From Desulfurococcales archaeon (GTDB lineage: Archaea; Thermoproteota; Thermoprotei_A; Sulfolobales; Desulfurococcaceae), in assembly GCA_015521265.1 (NCBI GenBank), contig WAON01000050.1:1-24734 (forward strand): a stretch of DNA of 24,734 bases, given 5' to 3'. The position numbers and the translations under genes were made by a program. Below the pieces are notes generated by a model. It did not search any database. It was not told where the DNA came from and saw only the letters and a program-made list of their open reading frames with translations. Shown here one piece after another: positions 8,201 to 20,200 of the stretch (positions are counted from its first letter, which is position 1; each line of letters starts with the position of its first letter).

Positions 8201-11200
8201 TACGCTTACGCCTACCTAGCAGCAGGGACTTATAGGATACTAGTCTACCCCTTCCTCTACAGCTATACGGGCGGTAGAATCGTTAGCGTTGCCCCCGGAG
8301 AATCCGTATACGTCGAGCTGCACCTCTCAAAGGTTACGCTACACGTTAATGTATCCGGTAGTCCATGGCTCGTGTTCTACATTAGGAATAATACTGATGG
8401 AAGACTATACAGCTTCGCGCCACACCTCTACAATGGCAAAACCTATGATTTATGGCTTCAACCCGGAAACTATACAATAGCCCTCCCAGGATCCAGGACT
8501 ACTATACAGTCATGGAACAAGTACGGCTACGGTACCGAGTACAGCTTCATACTAGGCCCCAACGACCATGTCGAGCTAAGCTTCAATGTTTCTGAGATAG
8601 TGGTTATGCTAAACCCGTGTGGAGACTATGATTTAGCCGGTTCACTATACGCGTACCTACTAGGATATAATAGCAACCTATCAGACCCATACACTGAAGT
8701 TATAGGGAATCGATACTTTACAACATACTATCCACAAGCATACGCAGTATTCTACGTTACACCCGGCGAATACGCCGTAATAATACCTGGAGACCCATGG
8801 AACTCTACATGGTTCTACTCAAAGTTTGGAGAATTCATATACGGATCCCTAATAGGCTACGGATTAATGGATCACGCACTAGTAGGCCATGGCGGTGAAA
8901 TACTGGTATACCAGCACAATGTTTCAGTACTAGCCCTACACTTGAATAATACATATCCAGAGGGTGCAAGAGCTGAATACTCTATATATACACTCTCAGG
9001 ATCACTCGTAAGATCGGGATACGTAAGCCCAGGAGACTATGCCTTCATACCATTAACACCCGGACAATACGTCTTAAACAACTACGGCTACACAAACATA
9101 ACACTTACAGAATGCAACTCAACACTAGTAGAGTTGAAAATTACCGGTTTAAGCCTAAAAGTAGTAGGCCCAGATAATGAACCAGTTAAGAATGCATATT
9201 ACATTATACATGATATGAACGACAACTACGTAGCATCAGGCTATACAGACTCATTTGGAGAAGCATTCATCTCCCTATCGCTGGGCAGTTACAAGCTAGT
9301 GTTTCCAGGAGTAAACCACTCATACAGTCCCTACAATGCAAAATACAACCTGAACAAACAGTTCGGATACGGACTACAACTAAACATAACGATAACAGGG
9401 TACAACAAGTTGAAAGTAATATTCTCGAGGATTGATGTAAACATTACATCCCAACTAGGAAAAGCGAGCAATGTTGAAGTAATGCTCTATACACCAGATA
9501 TGTCTAAGATCATAAAGGGAGCATACACTGATTCCAATGGAATCGCAAGGTTCTACGTATCAAGTGGAAGCTATAGAGTAGTTATAAGGGGATTATACTA
9601 TGGCTACAGCGACGCATACTATGTAGGCTGGTCGTACTATCCACTATTCGGTTATGGCGCAATAGTCGGTGATGTCAACATTGGAGTAAATACTTCAGCT
9701 GTACTACACTATAATTTATCAGTAGTAAAGCTAAGAGTCCTAGACACCAATGGAAACTATGCTGGCGGACTGCGCGTAGTGCTTAGAGCGAATGACACGT
9801 ATACAACATCTCTAACATACACTTATACATCAAGCTATGAACCAGTATACTTCTACGTTACTAATGGAACATACATAATAGACCTAATATTCCTAAAGAA
9901 AACGGTAACCGTTGGGATCGGGGAACTCGCCGATGTAGTAATAAACGTTGCAATGCTACACGTACATATTAATATACCGGAGAATAATTACGATATTATC
10001 CCCTACGGTATATCGATAACAGTATACTATAATACAACCGGGACATCCGGCTACTCAGCAGTATTATACTACACTACAAATAGTACTGGAGACGCAATAA
10101 TCTATACACCACTAAACATTAATGTAACAGTAGTGATTAAGAAAGGCTACTCAATAACTGAAACCATCTACATGGACTCAGCAAAGTATAGGGAGTATAA
10201 TCTAAGCATATTTTATATTAAAGTACTATCACCAACGGGGCCAGTAAAATACCAGGAGTTCTACCTATACACACTCGACCACTCTTCATATATAAGGCTG
10301 ACAACGGATTATCGTGGAGAAGACTATGCTATCATTGTGCCGGGAACGTATATTCTACAGAAGAGCGATTGGAGCTCGATTATTGGTAGGCTAGACGAGC
10401 TCGTAATCATACCGAATTACACGGTGAAAACATACCAGCTAAACCTCTCGATATTGAACATACACTCGCTAGTCCCTTCAAAATACTATCTTGGAAACCC
10501 GTTCGAGTTCACTATCTCATCTATCGATGGGTCATATGTTTCTTGGTCATACTACTTGTATCATAATGATACTAGGAGCTTCTACGTAATCCCTGGAACA
10601 TACGTTATACACTCGGATATTAGTAATGGCTGGGATGTAAACAAGACGGTAGTTCTCCCCGAAAACGCTACAAGGGACGTTACGTTCAAGCTTGGCGGAT
10701 TAGTGTTATGGATATATAAACCCGATGGATCACTATTGAATCCACCCATCGATCATCCATACGGGTATTCTATGATTGTGTCACTATATACTGAGGTAGG
10801 CGGCTCCCTGGAAAGCTTTGTATCGACTAGCCAGACCGACTCGGAGGGTAAAGCTGTATTCGGACCTCTAGTTAACGGAACATACGCTTTCAACCTAGAT
10901 CCGTACGACGACTATGGTGGACCCTACAAACTATACAATATTACGGCCGAACCACTAGTGTTCAGGGAATACAACTTTACACTTGGCGGGCTAGTAGTAC
11001 ATATGCAGTATAATAATGGAACACCTGCACAGGGCATTGCTATAACGATTTATAGTAGGAGCTATACGCTGTACACGTTGTACACTGATGCAAACGGAAC
11101 CATTACAGCATACCTATTACCGGGAACATACACCCTGTACATTTACGGTCTAGGATACGTCTACAACATACACGTCTACCCTGGAAGATACACGAATAAG

Positions 11201-14200
11201 ACATACACGACGAATCCAAGCGATCTAGAAGTATCGAGTATAACATGGACACCGTCAACGCCAAGCGATGGAGACACCGTTCTCGTAACGGCAACTATAA
11301 AGAATAACGGGCCCGGACACGTATTCAACGATTTCAACGTAGTATTCTACCAGAATGGGACTAAGGTTTATGAGGCAGTCGTACACGGATTGCTCAGCGG
11401 CTACAATACTACCGTAACTGCGCCAATAACAGCTATTGCGGGTACTGATGAGGTTAGGGTCGTGGTAGATCCGGATCAATCAATAGTTGATCCTAATAGG
11501 GGCAATAACGAGTTAACAGCATGGATAAACGTGTTACGCCCAGACCTAGAAGTTACTAGTGTATGGATTAATGGAACACTAATAGATGGAGCAGCTGCAA
11601 CATTATACTTCAACGTAACAAATAATGGGCCCGGAGCATTACACCATGAGGCCAGCGTCAAGGTAATCTATGGATCCATGGTAACCTATAGGAGGATATA
11701 CTCGCTCGAAGTAGGCGAAGTAGTAACATTATCAGTAAACATAATCGTATTAGGAGGGTTATCAAATGCTATAATAACCGTAGACCCAGACAACGAGGTT
11801 AGTGAATCCAATGAAGACAACAACGTCTACAACTACACTTTGTCGGTGCCGGAGCCAGACATAGTAGTAGTTTCAGCGGCATTAAACGCTTCAGAGTTGG
11901 TTGATGGAGGAATAGGGGAGATAACAGCGGTAATCAATAACACTGGAGGCAGGACGCTCAGATCTATACACGTCGTACTATATGCTGATAATAAATACTT
12001 GGGAACAACAATTATCAACGGCCTAGACACCGGTGAAACAGTAACAGTAACCTTCTACGTATTACTACGCGGTGGAACAACTAATTATACAGTAATAGTA
12101 GACCCCTACAACAAGGTACCGGATGCTAATAGGTCTAATAACAGAGCAACAGTACCTGTATACATTCCATACCCAGACCTAGCATTCACAAGCCTATACT
12201 TTACACCGACAAACCCTGGAAGCGGCGAAATAGTACATGTAGTATTCAATATAACAAATATAGGTGTAGGAGGTACAAAGACAAACTTCGCGGTAGAATT
12301 AAAAGTAAACGGAGAAGTAAAATCTTCAAGCTATATATCAAGAGACCTATACCCAGGAGACACGATAACAGTAACACTATCCACTATTGTACATGCCGGA
12401 AACAACACGATAGAGATAATAATCGATCCACACGGATACGTATCAGAATCGAACAAGGCAAACAACAAATACGTGTTCATAATAACCGTACCATACAGCG
12501 ACCTAGAAATAAAAACAATGAATATATCACAGGGACCATACCATAACATGGGAGAAGTAAACGTAACAGTTACGATAGTTAACAACGGCCCAGGATCACT
12601 CAACGAGACATTCTACGTAGCCTTCTTCGGAAACGATGAATTCCTAGAACAGGTCGAGGTTAACGGGCTTGGAGTAGGTGAGGAGAAGAATATAACGGTA
12701 ACTATACCCGTGTACACCGGTTACTACACAATCAAGGCAATAGTGGATGATCACTACCAGAGAATAATCGGAGGATCATATGTATGGGGTCATAAACACG
12801 AAGTAGCAGATCCGTATAGGAATAACAACATAGCATCCAAGACAATATACGTTGCAGGACCAGACCTAACATTAGTTAGTGCAGAAATAACCCCGTCAAC
12901 GCCGGATCCATGGACTGGATTCAATATAACACTGAGGGTAAGGAATAATGGAGACTATGCTTCAACGAGGCCAGTAGCGGTAATAGTCGAAGTAGGATCT
13001 GTGAGGCTTATTGATGAAGTACCAGAGCTAGACGTAGGCGGTGAAGCAAATGTTACTATCCCGGTACTCGACGGCCTGGATCCCGGGACATATACTGTGA
13101 GAATAGCTGTAAACCCATTCCACGAAGTAATAGAGCACGACTATACAGACAACAACTACACGATAACCCTCATCATACCGGCGCCAGACCTAGCAATAAC
13201 ACACATCTACGCACCAGTTATAAATGGCTCAGTAGAAGCGGGAGATCAAATAATCATTAATGTAACGGTGAAGAATTATGGTGCAAGCTTCAAACGCGAC
13301 ATCTACATCGAAGCCCTTGTAAATGATTTACTCATTGGAAACAACTATATTATAGGGGGAATAGACAGCGGTGAGGAAAAGAACATAACACTATCATTAA
13401 CAGCTATACCTCCAAGCCTCGAGAATACCCGTATAATAATTGATCCACGCAATGATATCTACGAATCCGATGAGACAAATAATGAAGCAATCTATCACGG
13501 ACCCATAGTTAGATCGTTGATCCTTGGACAAACAGCCTACGATGTAATATACATGCACCATGAAGAATTCAACCTCAAAATACAGAATAACGGCGGAGTA
13601 CCGTTAAAGGTTACCAGCATAGTATTTACAACAACCAGCCTAGTACTTAATACAAGCCTACCATTAACGATTAAACCCGGTGAAATAGCATCCATACCAA
13701 TATTAGTTGATACATTAACCGAAGGAATAGGCCCGAAGAACTACGGCGTAATAATCTACACCAATACCTCGATAACTATCAATTCAACAATCACAGTCCT
13801 AATCCATAATATCAGCAAAGTAATAAGCGTCAATGTAAATAAGAAAGAAGCAGTTTATAGTATGGGCCAGACAGATAAGATATCATTACTTGTAGGCTCG
13901 CAGCTCCCATCAATAATAAACAAGGCACACGTAGAATTATCAGGGAATGCTACAGGCATTATAGAAGGTTCGACAAGCTTCAACATAACGATTCGTCACA
14001 TAGTAAGAATCATGGTTAATGCAACCATCCCGCCTGGAAGATACATCTTATTAATCAATGTATCATTCCAGGGAGTGGACTATTATGTTGTTAGAAAAGT
14101 AGATATTACGGTTGTTAGAGACCCAATAGTGAAAATAATATCTCCGAGGAGTATTAATAGCGTACTAGCATCGAACACCCTCGTTGTAACCTTTAAGAGC

Positions 14201-17200
14201 AATGTACCAATAAACGGGACGATATACTTCAGGGATGTAAGTAGTTCCTCATGGACTATTATAAGATACGGCGAATTATCGAGGGATACGTTCTATAGGA
14301 TACCTATCGGCGGATTATCATCAGGGCATAGATACATGTTCTACATTGAGGCAGTATCGGAGTACGGCTCATACACCTCGCCGATGTACTATGTAAACGT
14401 AACGGTTTCAGTGGTATTCGTGGATCACGAGCTTAACGTAACGATTAACCGCGACTACAACCAGCTGGTCTACGTTAAAGTAAGGAATCTCGACTACATG
14501 TATCCACACGCGATCTATGCTAAGATCATAGAGTCTAGCCCGGAGCTAATAGTAGACTTTGTAGGGCCTGGATCAATTGATACCGTTGAAAAAGTAGGTT
14601 CTGGTAAGTTCGTTACGTTGATGCTAGTAATACATGCTGCAGATACGACTAGGAATAACTATACTATAACGGCAATGCTGGTAAACCTAGATAGTAACGC
14701 TACAGACTACATGGTTATACACGTATATGTTAAAGAGCCGGTCTTCAACGTTACACTAGATTATCTCGGAATGGATAATCATACACTAGTACAGTCGTGG
14801 AGGCTTGTGAACCATGGAGACACGATAACCGATCTAAGCGTGCACCTCGAAGGACCGGCTTCAACATTCGCCTACGTATACCCGTCGATGAACCATGTTA
14901 GGATAATGCATGAGCAGGCAATATACTTCTACGTAATACCAGTACTCGGAATATACCCAACGGATCCAGCGCTACATAATGGAACACTCGTCGTTGAAAC
15001 AGGAGACCCGGCATCGTTCAGATACGAGATGCCGCCCATAAACCTCCCGAAGGGTTCGAAGATATATAGTGTACCAGTCGAACACGTTAGAGCTACCGGC
15101 CAGTCGAAAGACTGGTACTGTACTAATAGGCCCCACGTATCGACGAAGATCAAGTTATCAGTTGATCCACCAGCATTCAACAACACGCTACAAATAAACG
15201 CAACCCTATGGATAGACTTCATACCACGCTACGATGTCTGGCACGTACTACCACACGATGGAACAATATATGTAAACGGCGTACCAGTCTATAACTGGCA
15301 CAACACTATACCCGAGGGAACGGTGAAGATTCCATTACCGCCTAAGGTTATTGAGAATGCGGTTGCTGCCGGGGGAGACATGTATACTTTCACGGTAACA
15401 GTAGATACTAAACATATGAATGGCGGACACTACGTTGTAGCGACGAATTACAAGTTACAAATCGATACGGGTTCAACATCGATATTCGTAGCAGCCTCGA
15501 GCTTCCAGGATGCTAAGAATAGTGTAGTACACTTATCTAAGCCTAATAATGACAAGGTTAAACCTAAGGAATGTGATAAGAAGGTGAAAATGCCTGGATG
15601 GCTACAAGCTCTTATAACTTATTTGAAGGGCTCTCATAAGTGGAGCTTTGAGAACCTGCCGGCGCCGAAGATACTCTTAGACATGGTTAAGTCTAGCTCG
15701 CCGATAGAGATCAAGGCTGAGTTCTCAATAGAGGTAGATCCAACGCCAACCTCAGTAAAGGTAAGCGGAGGTGGAAGCGTTGAGCTCGGAGTCGGAATTT
15801 ACGGGGCAGAAGGAAAGGTAACAGCCAGTGGTGGATGGAGCGTTAAGAACTGTAAATGGGGCTTCGACGGTATAACAATTGAGCTATCCGCTGGAGGAGG
15901 ATACAGGTGGAGTTATAAATTCCCGTTGGAATGGGCTAGGTGGATACCCAGAGCTGGTGATGACGCTAAGCCATTAAGCGTTGAGGGGAAGATCTACCTA
16001 GAACTATCATCAACAGTAATACAGCTAGACGAGCACTTGAAAGTTAAAGCAATACCAACATTATTAATTGGAATATCGGCTACGGGTAAAGCAGAGCTAA
16101 GCGTTGGATCAAGGTTAAAGTTATCAGCTGAAGCAACAGTCGGATTCCACGCAGGCTACAAGGACTACGACTACTATGCACAATTTAAAGCAGGAATAAC
16201 GGGTAATGTCGAGGTAGACCTCTCACTATTCTCAGCATCAGCCTCCGGAACCTACGGGTTAAAATACGTATATGAGCATGGATCATGGGTTAAGAAGAGC
16301 TACAACGATCCAGGTGTAACTCTGTTATCTTATCAGTTCTACAATATTGATCTAGGCTATCCAACCCTAGCATCACCATCCACGATGAGCAGCTTGGGAG
16401 AATCAACAGCATACGTAGAAGGCCTGGGATTATACACCGTATGGGTTTCAACCGATAACAGTAATTCAAAGATAATGATCTCAAGGCTAGTCGGAGACAC
16501 ATGGACTACGCCAACCCAGCTCAGCTTCCCCAATGAGAATTATGCACTAGTAAAAGCAGTACCAGTAGGTTCGAAGCTGGGAGTACTAGCCCTAGCAATG
16601 CCCAGTATAAGCGAGAACACGACTCCGTCAGAGCTTGTACGCCTGCTCAACAAGGGTACACTATACTATGCAGAATACAATGGATCAGCATGGACACCTC
16701 CAGAAATAATAGCGGTAAACGTCTCGCTATCACTGGACGTCGAGTCCTATAATGGATTAACAATAGCGGCTTGGTCGACACTAATTAATAACTCCTATGT
16801 AGTCGAGGCAGTGCTAAACGATGGATCGGGCTGGAGCCCGGTAACGATCATACCTGGATCAAGGGTTCCAAGCACGTATACAATATACGATGTAGCAGCC
16901 GGATTCATAGATGGAAGACCCACAGTATACTGGGCCACAGACCTATACTGGGACGGCGAAGAACTGATCAGAGGAATAAAGTACTCCGAATACAACGGTG
17001 AATCATGGACTACACCTACTACACTACCAACTACGAGCAACGTAGCACTACTAGATGCCGACACCTATGGAAGAATCGCTTGGAGCACTGATGAAGGAAA
17101 CATCTACCTAGCAGGATGGAACGGAACCGCATGGGTCATTGTAAGGATAGGAACAGGCTTCGATCCATCAATACTATCCAGTAAGAACAAGCTACTAGTA

Positions 17201-20200
17201 GCAGCTAATATCAGGGATGACCGTGATGATATAGAAATATACATTGTTGATACAACAACGTGGAAGACGGTAACGGCGAGGATAACGGATGACGACCTAC
17301 TAGATAAACAGTACACGTTCGCATCTACACCGAGCGGGTACCTAGCACTAATATGGAGGCGTAGCCTAGACCCAGCAGTAAAAACACCGCCAGAAAACAA
17401 GACATGGGCCAGTGGAATAGTCTACGAACCACTCTACAATATCTCAATAACAGGGCTAGACACTACTAAGCCAGTAGTAGAAGGCAACCCATTAACAGTA
17501 ACGACAAACATAACAAACAACTCTACAAAACCAGTAACCGGAAAACTAAACATATACCTCAACGAATCACTAGTTAAAACCGTAAACATCATGATACCGC
17601 CGAACACAACCTATACAGTAGACGAGAACATAACGATCAACGAGTCAGGGAAGTGGAGCATAAAAGCAGAACTAACAGACCTAAACGCTACATCGATCGG
17701 CTTACTCGAGAAAACAATAACCCTTGAAACACTAAGACTCATCCAGAACACATCGCTAACACCGGGATCATACATCGACGCAGTAACAACGATACACCTA
17801 TACGTAAATGGCTACAAGAAGACAAATGTAACAATAACGGCTAATAACCTGACTGTCGGCTCGGCTAGTGGAGTCATTGGAGATGTAGCAGTACAGTTAA
17901 ACCTATCAAAACTACCCGACGGCCCAACTACACTAGTAATCAATGTGGTAACAATAGATGGAGCAGCCAATGATTCACTATCGATAAATGTATACCTAGA
18001 CAAGACTCCTCCAACAATCATAGTACATGAACCAGAGAACAACACGATTGTATCCGGTAATGTAACGGTTATAGCAGAGATCTACGATACATATTATGAT
18101 CTACCATCGACGCCCGAAGTATACATTAATGGTTCAAGTATTATGTGGACGCTGGTAGAAGGAGACAATTACACGTTAATAATAGATACTACAACGTATC
18201 CGGATGGTAAGCCGTTAAACATAACAATAATAGCAGTAGACGTATCTGGGAAGACAATGGTGAAAACAATATATGTCACTCCAGATAATACGCCGCCAAT
18301 TACAACCGATAACTCTACGAAGACATGGTATAACAACGATGTAGCAATAATGCTTACAGCAACCGATAACGTTGCAGGAGTAAACGCTACTTATTACAGC
18401 GTGGACAACGGATCATGGGTCATGGGCGACATTGTCTATATACCAGCACCAAGCGATCACAGCAATGATGGAACACACACGATAATGTATTACAGCATAG
18501 ACAACGTAGGCAACATAGAGCCGATAAATACACTTATCATAGGAATCGACACTCTATCACCAATAATAACATGTAATATAGCAAACAACACCTACTTCTC
18601 TGGAGGAACAGTTAGCTTCTTCTTCCACATAGTAGACAATACGTCAGGCTTGTCGAAAGCCTATGGTTACTTCGATGGATCACTGCAGCGTATAAAGAAC
18701 ATGAACGGCGAACACGAATATACGATGGACTTCCAGGGATTAAACCTAGGATACCTAAGAGAGGGTATGCACTACTTCAGGATAGTATCAGTAGACATTG
18801 CAGGTAACACTAGGGAGTACATACTAGTATTCTATGTAGACAAGACTCCGCCTACAGCAGAGATCACGAGCCCCGAGGATGGAGCCCTAGTATCCGGAAC
18901 GATCAATATAACCTTCAACTACACTGACAACCTATCGCCAGTCTACGCATACCTACACATAAACGGTGAAACAATAAACGTTACAGGAACATACAGCTAC
19001 ACACTGGACACGACACAGTACAATGATGGACAATTAACAATAACACTTGAAGCAATAGACTATTCCGGCAGGAGATCCACGGATACAGTAACGATAATAG
19101 TAGATAACACCCCTCCAGCAGTAACGATAAATTCACCAGCTAATAACTCAGTAGTAGGCGGAATAGTAACAATATCATATAGCATTGATGAAGAACACCT
19201 AGACCAGGTATGGCTAAGCATAGGAAACATAACGGTAAACATAACTGGATCAACAACTTACAGCTTAAACATTACGATGCTACCAGATGGAGCATACACG
19301 CTGACAATAACTGCAAACGATACACTAGGCCATACATCATCAGCCTCAATAATAATCATAATCGATAATACACCGCCCACAGCAGTAATAACCTATCCAG
19401 TAAGCCGCGGATACTACTCCGGAGTAATCAATGTAACATTCAACTACTCAGATACAAACCTTGACAAAGCGTATCTAGGCATAGACGGCTCCTACATAGA
19501 TGTAACTGGATCCTATAGCTACACGCTAGATACTACACAGTACAACGACGGCGAGCACAATATAACGCTACTAGTAAAGGATAAAGCCGGAAACACCATG
19601 GAGTACACGGTAACAATATACATCGACAACACCCCGCCAACTGCACAGATACTATCACCAAGCAACTCAACCGTAATACACGACGTGGTAAACATAACGG
19701 TAATGTATAGTGACATTTTCCTAAGGGAAGCAATACTACTGATCGATAATGAGACAGTAAACATTACCGGAACCTACAACTATACACTAGATACAACAAC
19801 CATGACGGACGGATTACACAATATAACACTAATAGTACAGGATAAAGCAGGGCATGAATCAACGACTAGTATAGTAGTAATCGTAGACAATACACCGCCA
19901 ACAGGTGAGATAACAAGCCCGGCCAACGATACGTATCACCGCGGGACAATAACGATAACAGTATCCTACAATGATCTAACGCTAGAACAAGCACTATTAA
20001 TCATAGACAATGAAACCATAAACATAACCGGCTTGACAAGCTACACATTAGACACTACAAGCCTAAACGATGGAGAACACATTATTAAACTAGTAGTAAC
20101 CGATAAAGCCGGACACGCTGCAAGCGATGAGATAACAATTATCGTGGATAACACTCCACCAACAGCATCGATCAACTCTCCAATGAACGGAGCAGTCGTA

